Notes: generated by a model from the letters alone, not told the origin. DNA of 64,000 bases from an uncultured Chloroflexia bacterium (GCA_963762445.1 CAVXLA010000005.1:554803-618802), one strand, 5' to 3'; counted from the first letter of the stretch, positions 9,421-18,359 are shown. Program-made: numbers and translations.

Positions 9421-11127
9421 ATGTCCATCGTCTACCTCGACGTCGACGACGAGATCACCTCCGCCGCGGCCCGGATCCGGACCGCCGCCGACGTGGAGAT
9501 CGCCCTCGTCCTGCCCGCCGGATCGCGGATCGCGACGAGCCGGATCAACTTCCGCCTCCTCGCCCGCGAGGCGTCGTCGCGGAGCCGGCGCCTCGCGATC
9601 GTGGCCCCCGAGGCGTCCACGCGGGCGCTCGCGGCCTCGGCTGGCCTGCCCGCGTTCGCCTCCGTCATGGAGTACGGCGAGGCGCGGAGCACGGCAGACG
9701 CCGAGCCCGCCGTCGCTCCCGCGTCGACGGCGCCGCACACGCCAGCGCCGAGCGCTGCCGCGACCCCGGGCTCGCGGAGCTCCCCCACGGCCGCGGCCGG
9801 GCCGCCGCCGCCTCCGCGGCGGCCGGAGGTCGCCGCGTCCGCCGGGCGCGCCGGGATCCCGCCGCGGGCACCCATCGGCGCCTCGACCGGCCTCGCCGGC
9901 GGACGGTCGGTCGCCCCGCCCCCGCGACGGCGCTGGCCGCTGGTCGCCGCCCTCGTGCTGGCCGTCCTCCTGGTGGCGGGAACCGGCGCGGCCGTGGGTT
10001 ACGTCCTCCTCCCGACCGCCACGGTCACCCTCCACCTCGCGGCCGAGGCCGTCGGACCGGTCGTCTTCACGGGCACGGCGGACCCCGAGGCCGTCGTCGC
10101 CGACACGGCGACGGCGATCATTCCCGCGGCCCGCGTGACCCTGCCCCTCTCTGCCGCCGGGACGTTCCCCGCCACGGGCACGCGCATCGAATCCGCGAAG
10201 GCGACTGGCGAGGTCCGGTGGAGGAACTGCGATCCCACGCGGGCGTACACCATCCCTGCCGGAACTGTGGTCAGGACGCCCTCCGGAATCGGCTTCGCGA
10301 CCGCAGAGGCGGTCTTCCTTCCGGTGGCGCCCCCGACCTCGACGCCTGGCACGTACCTATGCCAGAACCGGACCATCGGGATCGTTGCTGTGCTCGACGG
10401 CCCAGCCGGGAACGTCGGCGCCGGGACGATCACTGTGATTCCCGGGCAATACAACAATGTGGTCATCAAGGTCACCAACCTCGCCCCGACGAGCGGCGGC
10501 GTCCACGACGAGTTCCCGAAGGTCGAGGAGAAGGACGTGACCGCCGCCGTGGCGGCCCTGACCGCCCGCCTCGACGAGGAGCTCGCCGCCACCGCGGTGG
10601 CGCCGCCCGGCATGGCGGCCGGGGCGACGGCCTACCCGGAGACGGCACGCCGCGGCGAGTTCGCGCCGTCGGAGCCCCTGGCCGGCATCGCCGGCCGCGA
10701 GGCCGCCACGTTCGACCTCGCCCTCACGGCCGAGGGGTCGGTGGTCACGGCCGATCCGGCGCCGCTGGAGGCGATCGGGGCGGCCCGCATCGCGGCGGCC
10801 GTGCCGGAGGGGATGACGACCCGCGAGGGGTCCGTGCAGGTCACCGTGGGGCCCGGCGTCGTCTCCGGCCAGGCGATCCGCTTCGCGGTCGAGGCGCGGG
10901 CCGAGGCCGTCCGCGACGTCCCGGCCGACACGGTCCGGGGTCTGGTGCGCGGGAAGTCGCCGGCCGACGTGCGCGAGCTCCTCGCCGACTACGGGACCGT
11001 GGACATCGTGGTCTGGCCGGACTGGGCCTCCACGATCACGACCATCGACGCCCGGCTCGACGTCAGGGTGGAGGGCGTCCCGCCGGCCGGGCCGACCCCC
11101 GCGCCCTCGCCGACGGCCGCGCCGTGA
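9421..11127 (+). CDS. single-pass membrane protein: N-terminal cytoplasmic domain, Ala/Pro linker, TM helix, about 370-aa extracytoplasmic domain (possibly baseplate-J-like fold)
   Basis: ATG at 9421, 8 nt after the ftsA-like stop. 'MSIVYLDVDDEITSAAARIR...', TM 'WPLVAALVLAVLLVAGTGAAVGYVLL', ectodomain 'ATGEVRWRNCDPTRAYTIPAGTVVRTPSGIGFATAEAV'. The upstream 7498..9420 part of the track ORF is an out-of-frame artefact over alaS/ftsA. Confidence 0.65.
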   Translation: MSIVYLDVDDEITSAAARIRTAADVEIALVLPAGSRIATSRINFRLLAREASSRSRRLAIVAPEASTRALAASAGLPAFASVMEYGEARSTADAEPAVAPASTAPHTPAPSAAATPGSRSSPTAAAGPPPPPRRPEVAASAGRAGIPPRAPIGASTGLAGGRSVAPPPRRRWPLVAALVLAVLLVAGTGAAVGYVLLPTATVTLHLAAEAVGPVVFTGTADPEAVVADTATAIIPAARVTLPLSAAGTFPATGTRIESAKATGEVRWRNCDPTRAYTIPAGTVVRTPSGIGFATAEAVFLPVAPPTSTPGTYLCQNRTIGIVAVLDGPAGNVGAGTITVIPGQYNNVVIKVTNLAPTSGGVHDEFPKVEEKDVTAAVAALTARLDEELAATAVAPPGMAAGATAYPETARRGEFAPSEPLAGIAGREAATFDLALTAEGSVVTADPAPLEAIGAARIAAAVPEGMTTREGSVQVTVGPGVVSGQAIRFAVEARAEAVRDVPADTVRGLVRGKSPADVRELLADYGTVDIVVWPDWASTITTIDARLDVRVEGVPPAGPTPAPSPTAAP

Positions 11128-11630
11128 CGCGGCTCCTGGGGATCGACCTCGGGACGCGCCGGGTCGGGCTCGCCGTCGCCGAGGCCGGCGACGAGCGGGC
11201 GCGTCCCCTGGCCACCGTGCCGCGCCGCCGCACGGCGGCCGCCGACGCGCAGGCCATCGCCCGGATCGCGGCGTCGAACGGGATCGACGAGGTGATCGTG
11301 GGCCTGCCCCTCGACATGAGCGGCGGCGAGGGCGCGATGGCCGCCGCCGCGCGACAATGGGCGACCGCGCTCGCCGCGGAGACCGGCCTGCCGGTTCGCC
11401 TGCGCGACGAGCGGCTCTCGAGCCACGTCGCCGAATCGCGGGTCGGCGCGCCCGGCCGCGGCCGGGCCGGCGGGCCGCCCGGCCCGGTCCGGCGCGCGGC
11501 GCACCGGGCCCGGGTCGACCGGGCGGCGGCGGCCGTTATCCTCGAGGACGAGCTCGAGGCCCGCCGGCGGGAGATGCCCGGCGAACGCGTCGGGCCGCCG
11601 GGGGACGGCACTGGACAGGAGGACGCATGA
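11124..11630 (+). CDS. ruvX: putative pre-16S rRNA nuclease / Holliday-junction-resolvase-like YqgF
   Basis: GTG at 11124 overlaps the upstream TGA. 'LLGIDLGTRRVGLAV', 'VIVGLPLDMSG', 'RLRDERLSS'. Confidence 0.9.
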   Translation: MTRLLGIDLGTRRVGLAVAEAGDERARPLATVPRRRTAAADAQAIARIAASNGIDEVIVGLPLDMSGGEGAMAAAARQWATALAAETGLPVRLRDERLSSHVAESRVGAPGRGRAGGPPGPVRRAAHRARVDRAAAAVILEDELEARRREMPGERVGPPGDGTGQEDA

Positions 11631-13009
11631 CGATCCGCGGCGGGGCCGGCCCTCGCGACGGGAGGGAGCCCGGGAACGGGCGGCCCCGCATGGCGCGCCC
11701 CTTCGCCGACGCCGGCCCGGCCGGCGACGCCCGGCGTGACCCGGCCGGCAGGGCCGGGACGGTCTCGGCCTACGACCTCGCCCGCGGGCGCCGGCGCGGC
11801 GGAAAGCGCGGCCTCGTCGGCCTCCTCGTCTTCCTCGTCGTCGCCGGGGCCGTCGTGCTCATCGCCCTCGGGACGGTGCTCCGCCCTCTGACCCGGAGCC
11901 TGGTCGTCGGGCTCGCGGGTGCCAACCCCGGGGCCCTCGAGCTGCCCTTCGTGGCCGAGTTCGTGCGCGAGGACCTCGGGGCGACGATGACCGAGCCGGC
12001 CAGTGGCGACGCGACGCAGGTCGAGTTCACGGTCGCGGCCGGGGAGACGGCCGCGGGGATCGCGGGTCGCCTCGTCGATCAGGGTCTGCTGCGTGACCGG
12101 CGGGCCTTCCTGCTCATCGCGATCGAGCGGGGCGTGACCGGCCAGCTGGACGTCGGGACCTTCCTGCTCCGCCGCAACCTGACCCCCGACCAGCTCGTCG
12201 CGACCCTGCTCGAGGCGAAGGACCCGTCCTTCCTCATCCAGTTCCGGGCCGGCCTTCGCCTCGAGCAGATGGCCGCCTACATCGAGGCTCGCCCGGACGA
12301 GATCGCGACCCTCCAGATGCGCGCGGCGGACTTCCTGGCGCTGGTGCGGAAGCCGCCCCAGGAGCTCCTCGACGCCTATCCGTGGCTCGACCTCCCGAAG
12401 GGTGCCACGCTCGAGGGGTACCTCGCGGCCGGCGCCTACCGGATCCTCCCCGACACCACCCCCGAGGAGCTCGTCCGCAAGATGCTCGACCGCTTCGTCG
12501 AGAACGTCGGGGCCGAGCGGATCGCCGCGGCGGAGGACGCCGGCCGCACCTTCCACGAGGTCGTGACCCTGGCCTCGCTGGTCGAGCGCGAGACCAGCCG
12601 CGACGACGAGAAGGCCCTCGTCGCCGGCGTCTACGAGAACCGGCTGAAGCACGAGATGCTGCTCAACGCCGACCCGAGCGTGATCTGGGGCGTCGATTTC
12701 CTCGCCCTCCGAAAGCTCGACCTCGCGGCGTGGCCCCAGTACTCGTTCTGGAACGTCCCCGCCGAGCCGCTCGCCTCGATCGAATTCCCCGAGGCGATCG
12801 CCGGCTACCAGACCTACCGCGTCACCGGGCTGTTCCCGGGTCCGATCTGCACGCCGACCGCGGCGTCCATCGACGCCGCCCTGGCCCCCGACACGACGAA
12901 GGGGTACCTCTACTTCGTGGCGATCCCCGGAAGTGACGGCGCCCACGACTTCTCGAAGACCTACGAGGAACACCTCGCCAAGCTCCGCGAATACGGGTAC
13001 ATCCCGTGA
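11627..13009 (+). CDS. mltG: endolytic murein transglycosylase (YceG family)
   Basis: ATGA overlap with ruvX. N-terminal TM anchor 'LVGLLVFLVVAGAVVLIALG'. YceG motifs 'LEGYLAAGAY', 'LASLVERET', 'YQTYRVTGLFPGPICTP'. Confidence 0.9.
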   Translation: MTIRGGAGPRDGREPGNGRPRMARPFADAGPAGDARRDPAGRAGTVSAYDLARGRRRGGKRGLVGLLVFLVVAGAVVLIALGTVLRPLTRSLVVGLAGANPGALELPFVAEFVREDLGATMTEPASGDATQVEFTVAAGETAAGIAGRLVDQGLLRDRRAFLLIAIERGVTGQLDVGTFLLRRNLTPDQLVATLLEAKDPSFLIQFRAGLRLEQMAAYIEARPDEIATLQMRAADFLALVRKPPQELLDAYPWLDLPKGATLEGYLAAGAYRILPDTTPEELVRKMLDRFVENVGAERIAAAEDAGRTFHEVVTLASLVERETSRDDEKALVAGVYENRLKHEMLLNADPSVIWGVDFLALRKLDLAAWPQYSFWNVPAEPLASIEFPEAIAGYQTYRVTGLFPGPICTPTAASIDAALAPDTTKGYLYFVAIPGSDGAHDFSKTYEEHLAKLREYGYIP

Positions 13010-14238
13010 GCCGGGCACGCCTGCGCGGGCTCCCGGTGCCGGCCGACTTCGCCGCTCCGCCGACCGCTCGCCGCCTGCGGGACTGGGGGGACGCCGACGC
13101 GGCCGCCCGCCCCGCCCGGCTGGGCCGGCTCCGCGCGCGCCTCGCCGCGGCCGGCATCGACGCCTACTTCGGCCTCCGCCGCGAGGAGATCCGCTACCTC
13201 ACCGGCGTCGTCCTGGGCGACGGCGAGGAGAAGGTCGCCGGTCAGTCCGGCCGATTCCTGGCGACGGCCGACGAGGTCGTCGTCCTCGCCGACTCGCGCT
13301 ACACGCTCCAGGCGCGCCACGAGGCCCCCGGGGCCCGGGTGGAGGACGTCACGTACGACCTCGCGGCCCGCTGGCCGGTCCTCCTCGCCTCGGTGGGCGC
13401 GCGCCGCGTGGCCGTCCCCGCCGGCGACCTGCCCCATGCCCTGTGGGAGGCCCTCCGGGCCGCCGCCCCGGACGTCGAGCTCGTGGCGGCCGGGCCCTGG
13501 ATCGACGACGACCGGGCGGTGAAGGAGCCGTCCGAGGTGGAGCGGATCGCCGCCGCCGCGGCCGTGGCGGATCGGGCGCTCGCCGCCCTGCTGCCGGAGA
13601 TCCGGTCGGGGGTCACGGAGGCGGCGCTGGCCTGGCGCCTCGAGGTCCTGCTGCGCGAGGGCGGGGCCGAGGCCCTCGCCTTCGACGTCGCGGCCCTGGC
13701 CGGCCCGCAGGCCGCCCTGCCGCACGGTTCGCCGGGACGCCGTCGCATCCGCGCCGGCCGGGTCCTCCTCCTCGACTTCGGGGCGCAGGTGGACGGGTAC
13801 CGGAGCGACATGACGCGGACGCTGTTCGTGGGCCCGCCGAGCGAGCGTGACCTCGCCGTCTACGAGCTCGTGGCGAGCGCCCAGGGGGCGGCGATCGACC
13901 TCCTGGCGCGGGCGGTGGCGGCTGGCGGCCCGCTCCCCTCCGGGCGGGCGATGGATGCGGCGGCGCGCGACCGGATCGCGGCGGCCGGCCACGGAGCCCA
14001 CTTCGGCCACGGGACCGGCCACGGGATCGGGCTCGCGACGCACGAGCGTCCGAGCCTGTCGCGCGTCGCCACGGACGACCCGCTCCCGAGCCCGACGGTG
14101 TTCTCGGTGGAGCCCGGCGTCTACCTCGGGGGGAGGACCGGAGTGCGGATCGAGGACCTCGTCCTCCTCGATGCGGCCCGCGGCCGCCTGGAGCACCTGA
14201 CCCGCTTCCCGCGGGAGCCGCTCGTCCTGCCCGGCTGA
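13006..14238 (+). CDS. Xaa-Pro aminopeptidase / M24B peptidase
   Basis: GTGA overlap with mltG. Metal ligand contexts 'DFGAQVDGYRSDMTRT', 'HGTGHGIGLATHE', 'FSVEPGVY', 'VRIEDLV'. Confidence 0.85.
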   Translation: MSRARLRGLPVPADFAAPPTARRLRDWGDADAAARPARLGRLRARLAAAGIDAYFGLRREEIRYLTGVVLGDGEEKVAGQSGRFLATADEVVVLADSRYTLQARHEAPGARVEDVTYDLAARWPVLLASVGARRVAVPAGDLPHALWEALRAAAPDVELVAAGPWIDDDRAVKEPSEVERIAAAAAVADRALAALLPEIRSGVTEAALAWRLEVLLREGGAEALAFDVAALAGPQAALPHGSPGRRRIRAGRVLLLDFGAQVDGYRSDMTRTLFVGPPSERDLAVYELVASAQGAAIDLLARAVAAGGPLPSGRAMDAAARDRIAAAGHGAHFGHGTGHGIGLATHERPSLSRVATDDPLPSPTVFSVEPGVYLGGRTGVRIEDLVLLDAARGRLEHLTRFPREPLVLPG

Positions 14239-14400
14239 CCGGCGCCCGGGCGGCCACGGGTCCTCCACGGCCGACGGCTGCCGGGTCGCCGGCCGGCGCG
14301 GTTGCCGCCGATCGCGGGGCGGTGGTACGGTAGCCGCGATCATGCCCCAGCAGATCGGCCTCGCCCCATCCGAGCGCCCGGGAGTCGACGAGGAGCCCCG

Positions 14401-16095
14401 TTGTCGGTTCGCCGCGCGCTAGCTGTTCTCCTCGCGTTGCCCGTCATCGCGACCGTCTACCTGGCGGTCGCGCTTCAGCGCGGGCACGCGACGCGGATCG
14501 CGCTCGCATTCGGCATCGGCGGCGTGGTCCTCGCCGCCGCCGTCGCCGTGCCCGCCGGCACGGTGGGCGTCCCCGCGGCCACCCAGGCGCCGCTGGCCGC
14601 GAGCGCGCTCGGGCCCGCCGTCGCGACCGGGCGCGGGCTGACCTCGCCGCTCGTGGTGGACTTCGATGCCCCGATGGACGCTGGCTCGGTGGCGGACGCC
14701 GTCGGCGTGGACCCCGCGGCCGACGTGCAGCTCACCTGGTCCGCGGACGGGCGGCGCCTTTTCGTGGCCCCGCTGGGAAGCTGGCAGCCGGCCACGTTCT
14801 ACACCGTGACCGTCGGCACCGGGGCCCAGGATCGCGACGGGCGCCGACTGGCGGCCCCGCTGCGGGCCGGCTTCCTCACCCGCGACGCGACAGCCGGCAG
14901 GCTGCTGGCGACCGATCAGCTTCCCAGCGGCGTCGCCCTCGACAGCTCGATCGTGGTCTCGTTCGACCGGCCCGTGGCGGTCGCAGCTGTCCGCGCCGCC
15001 TTCCGGATCGCGCCGGAGGTCACGGGGCAGCTCTTCGTGGCAATGGATGGCCCCGACGGGCCCGACCCGGCGGTCGCCGACAACTTCGTCTGGGAGCCAG
15101 AGGCGGGGCTCGCGGCGAAGACCCGGTACACGGTCGAGCTGGCGGCGGGCGTGCTGGACGACGAGGGTGCGGCCGTCGCCTCCCCGGATCCGCTCGTCTT
15201 CACGACGACCGAGGCGCCGTCGGTCGTCCGCTTCCGGCCGCGGGCGGGCACCGAGGAGGTGAGCCGCGCGGTGCCGGTCTCCGTCCGCTTCACGATGCCC
15301 ATGGACCGCGGCGCGACGGAGAAGGCGTTCAGCGTCGAGGTCGATGGGAAGGACGTCGCCGGCAGCGTCTCGTTCGCCGAGGATGACACGGTGCTCGTCT
15401 TCGACCCGGCGGCGAGCTTCCCCTACGAGGCCACGGTGATCATGCGGGTGGCGGCGACGGCCACCGCCGCCGACGGAACCCCTGTCGATCGGGGCCGCTC
15501 GTCCCGGTTCACGGTCGTCGCGAAGCCGACGCCCGAGCCGACCCCGGCGCCGACCCCGAAGCCGGCCGCGGTGAAGCCGAAGCCGGAGCCGGCTCCCACC
15601 CCGAAGCCCGTCGCGGTGGCGCGCCCGACGTCGAGCAGCTGGCTCGCCGCCGAGAAGTACCTCCTCTCGCTGCTCAACTGCACGCGGGGCGGCGGGTGGG
15701 TCCTGGCCGACGGGTCGTGCTCGAGCCCCGGGGGCAGCGGGATGGCGGCCCTCAAGTACGACGCCGGGATCAGCGACGAGGTGAGCCGGCCGTACGCGAA
15801 GAAGCTGGCCACCAACGGCGCCTGCTCGCACTTCTACAGCGGCGACCCCGGCGACCGCCTCCGCGCCGCGGGCTACGCCAGCTACGAGTGGGCCGAGAAC
15901 CTGAGCTGCCACTACTACGCGGACCCGCTTGAGGCGGCCGTCAACCTTGTCCGGTTCTTCCAGAGCGAGAAGTACTGGAGCCCGGTCGGCGGGCACTGGG
16001 TGAACATGATGAACCCGGCCTACGACCGGGCCGGCATCGGCCTCTGGGTCTCGGGCGGCAACCTCAACTTCGTCGTCAACTTCTACCGCCCCTAG
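14401..16095 (+). CDS. secreted/membrane-anchored protein with Ig-like repeats, Pro/Thr/Lys linker and C-terminal CAP/SCP (PR-1-like) domain
   Basis: TTG at 14401 is preceded by GAGGAG (14390-14395). Signal/anchor 'RRALAVLLALPVIATVYLAVAL'. Repeated 'V.V.FD.PM/V..' segments. Linker 'KPTPEPTPAPTPKPAAVKPKPEPAPTPKP'. C-terminus 'GHWVNMMNPAYDRAGIGLW'. The track start 14302 lacks an SD. Confidence 0.7.
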   Translation: MSVRRALAVLLALPVIATVYLAVALQRGHATRIALAFGIGGVVLAAAVAVPAGTVGVPAATQAPLAASALGPAVATGRGLTSPLVVDFDAPMDAGSVADAVGVDPAADVQLTWSADGRRLFVAPLGSWQPATFYTVTVGTGAQDRDGRRLAAPLRAGFLTRDATAGRLLATDQLPSGVALDSSIVVSFDRPVAVAAVRAAFRIAPEVTGQLFVAMDGPDGPDPAVADNFVWEPEAGLAAKTRYTVELAAGVLDDEGAAVASPDPLVFTTTEAPSVVRFRPRAGTEEVSRAVPVSVRFTMPMDRGATEKAFSVEVDGKDVAGSVSFAEDDTVLVFDPAASFPYEATVIMRVAATATAADGTPVDRGRSSRFTVVAKPTPEPTPAPTPKPAAVKPKPEPAPTPKPVAVARPTSSSWLAAEKYLLSLLNCTRGGGWVLADGSCSSPGGSGMAALKYDAGISDEVSRPYAKKLATNGACSHFYSGDPGDRLRAAGYASYEWAENLSCHYYADPLEAAVNLVRFFQSEKYWSPVGGHWVNMMNPAYDRAGIGLWVSGGNLNFVVNFYRP

Positions 16096-16242
16096 GCGGC
16101 CGGGACGCCGAGCGCCTCCTACGTCGTCGCCTGGTCGTCGCCCGGGGCCCGGCCCAGCCCGTCTGCTACGATCCTCGGACATCCCGAATCCCCACGCGCC
16201 GGCCGTCCGCGACCGCCGGCCCCGCACGGAGCGCCCGACCCC

Positions 16243-16800
16243 ATGATCTCCACCGGTGAGCTGCGCAAGGGCGTCGTCATCGAGCTCGACGGCGACCTCT
16301 GGCAGATCCTCGACTACCACCACATCAAGATGGGCCGCGGCTCCGCGCAGGTGCGGATCAAGCTCCGCAACGTGAAGAAGGGGAGCACGGTCGAGAAGAG
16401 CTTCCAGGCCGGCGAGAAGTGGCCCCGGGCCCAGCTCGACCGGCGGTCGATCCAGTTCCTGTACCGCGACGGCGACGACTTCCACTTCATGGAGATGGAG
16501 TCGTACGACCAGTTCCACCTCGGCGCGGGCCAGCTCGACGAGGTGATCCCGTACCTCAAGGACGGCATGGTCCTGGACCGGATCAGCTACGAGGGCGACA
16601 CGCTCGGCGTGGAGCTCCCGATCACGGTCGACCTGGTGGTCGCCGAGACGGAGCCCGGGTTCGCCGGTGACACGGCGACCGGCGCCCGGAAGGCCGCCAC
16701 GATGGAGACCGGCCTCGTCGTCCAGGTGCCCCTCTTCGTCACCGAGGGCGACACCCTGCGGATCGACACCCGCACCGGCGAGTACCAGACCCGGGTCTGA
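16243..16800 (+). CDS. efp: translation elongation factor P (Arg32 at loop tip)
   Basis: 'MISTGELRKGVVIELDGDLWQILDYHHIKMGRGSAQVRIKLRN', three OB/KOW-like domains, 185 aa. Confidence 0.95.
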   Translation: MISTGELRKGVVIELDGDLWQILDYHHIKMGRGSAQVRIKLRNVKKGSTVEKSFQAGEKWPRAQLDRRSIQFLYRDGDDFHFMEMESYDQFHLGAGQLDEVIPYLKDGMVLDRISYEGDTLGVELPITVDLVVAETEPGFAGDTATGARKAATMETGLVVQVPLFVTEGDTLRIDTRTGEYQTRV

Positions 16801-16809
16801 TCGCGACCG

Positions 16810-18195
16810 ATGGGCGACCACGATCCGCCCGCCTGGGCGCTTCCGTCGTGGGACGCCCTGGAGCCCGACCCGGGCCGGTCCGCGGCGGGGCGCGACGCAC
16901 CTCGCATCCTCGGCGTCTCCGACGTCACCCGCGCCGTCCGCGACGCGCTGCGGGGTGACCCACGGCTCGCGGACGTCTGGGTCGAGGGCGAGGTCGGGCG
17001 GGTCACGGTCAGCTCCGCGGGGCACGCCTACTTCACCCTGAAGGACGCCCGCAGCCAGCTCGCCTGCGTCTGGTTCCGCGACGACCGGATCCGCAGCCCC
17101 TTCGACGCGCGGGCCGGGCTCCACGTCGTCGTCCATGGCCGGATCGACGTCTTCGACGCCCAGGGCGTCTACCAGTGCTACGTGGCGGCGGTCCAGCCGG
17201 CCGGGCTCGGCGACCTGGCGCTCCGCTTCGAGGCGACGAAGGCGCGCCTGGCCGCCGAGGGGCTCTTCGACGCCGGCCGCAAGCGCTCCCTCCCGGCGCG
17301 CCCGGCCACCGTCGGGGTCGTCACCAGCCTCTCCGGCGCTGTCCTCCACGACGTGCGTCGCGTCCTCGAGCGACGCTGGCCGCTGGCCCGCCTGGTCGTC
17401 AGCGCCTGCCGCGTGCAGGGTGAGGGAGCGGCCGAGACGATCGTGGCGGCCCTCGACCGCCTGGCACGCTTCGAGGCCGCCTGCCGCGCGGACGGCCGCC
17501 CCCTCGACGGGCCGGCAGTCGTGATCGTGGCCCGCGGCGGCGGATCCCTGGAGGACCTGTGGGCCTTCAACGACGAGCGCGTCGTGCGCGCGGTGGCGGC
17601 GCACCCGGTCCCGGTCGTGACGGGGATCGGCCACGAGACGGACGTGACCCTCGTCGACTTCGCGGCAGACCTGCGGGCCCCCACGCCGTCGGCCGCGGCC
17701 GAGCTCGTCGTCCCCGAGCGGCTGGAGGTGATCGCCGGCCTCCGGGCCCAGCGGGCTCGGGCCGACGGCGCACTCGGGGCCGCGATGGCCGAGCTGGGCC
17801 GGCGGGTGGCCGGCGAGCGGCGTGCCCTCGAGGGCCTGCGCCCCGAAGCGCGCCTGGCGGCCGCGCGCGAGCGGGCCGGGCACCTGCTCGACCGCGCCAC
17901 GGGCGCCGTGGCGGGCCGCCTGGCCACGGATCGACGGGCGGCCGAGATGGCGGCCGGCCACCTGCACCCGCTCGTCGCGACGCGGCTGGCGGCGGCCCGG
18001 GCCCGCCTCGACGCCACCCGCGGGTCACTGGCCGCGCTCGATCCGGGGGCGACGCTCGCCCGCGGCTATGCCATCGTTCGGCGGGCGGCGGACGGCGCGA
18101 TCGTCCGCGACCCGCGCGAGGCCCCGGTCGGGACGGCGTTGCGCCTCCGGGTGGCCCGGGGCGAGATCGCCGCCCGGGCCGAGGACCCGGCCTGA
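16810..18195 (+). CDS. xseA: exodeoxyribonuclease VII large subunit
   Basis: 'VWVEGEVGRV' OB fold, 'VTSLSGAVLHDV', 'ARGGGSLEDLWAFNDE', 'GIGHETDVTLVDFAAD', C-terminal coiled coil. Confidence 0.9.
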   Translation: MGDHDPPAWALPSWDALEPDPGRSAAGRDAPRILGVSDVTRAVRDALRGDPRLADVWVEGEVGRVTVSSAGHAYFTLKDARSQLACVWFRDDRIRSPFDARAGLHVVVHGRIDVFDAQGVYQCYVAAVQPAGLGDLALRFEATKARLAAEGLFDAGRKRSLPARPATVGVVTSLSGAVLHDVRRVLERRWPLARLVVSACRVQGEGAAETIVAALDRLARFEAACRADGRPLDGPAVVIVARGGGSLEDLWAFNDERVVRAVAAHPVPVVTGIGHETDVTLVDFAADLRAPTPSAAAELVVPERLEVIAGLRAQRARADGALGAAMAELGRRVAGERRALEGLRPEARLAAARERAGHLLDRATGAVAGRLATDRRAAEMAAGHLHPLVATRLAAARARLDATRGSLAALDPGATLARGYAIVRRAADGAIVRDPREAPVGTALRLRVARGEIAARAEDPA

Positions 18196-18197
18196 CG

Positions 18198-18359
18198 ATG
18201 GAGGGCCTCCTGTTCGCGCTGCTCCTGGCGGCCGTGGTCGTCGTCGGCCTCGGGCTCGGGCTGGCGGTCGCGCCGCGCCTGGCCCGCTGGGACGAGCGGC
18301 GCAGCCGGGGCGAAGAAGATGGTCTCGTCGACAGGAGGGAAGGGGATGGACGTGGCTGA
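18198..18359 (+). CDS. possible 53-aa single-TM peptide between xseA and xseB
   Basis: ATG 3 nt after the xseA stop. 'MEGLLFALLLAAVVVVGLGLGLAVAP' followed by a charged tail. Overlaps the xseB start by 14 nt. Confidence 0.3.
   Translation: MEGLLFALLLAAVVVVGLGLGLAVAPRLARWDERRSRGEEDGLVDRREGDGRG

Noticed and set aside
9421-11127. Baseplate-J-like domain as evidence of a prophage or tailocin
   Set aside because: No tail, sheath, tube, tape-measure, capsid, terminase or lysis genes are anywhere nearby. The gene is embedded in, and translationally coupled to, housekeeping genes.
15520-15630. Short-period Pro/Thr/Ala/Lys codon repeats (also about 25885-25980, 35571-35660 and 61505-61575) as CRISPR or VNTR arrays
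   Set aside because: They are in-frame low-complexity linkers inside exported proteins. There are no regular repeat-spacer units and no cas genes.
14419-17967. 1182-aa minus-strand ORF (similar cases: 18025..20862, 22284..24101, 40404..42959, 42881..44554 and 11063..13018)
   Set aside because: These show the same shadow-frame signature. Each overlaps well-supported plus-strand genes (efp, xseA, dxs, recN, the etfD-like gene, mltG).
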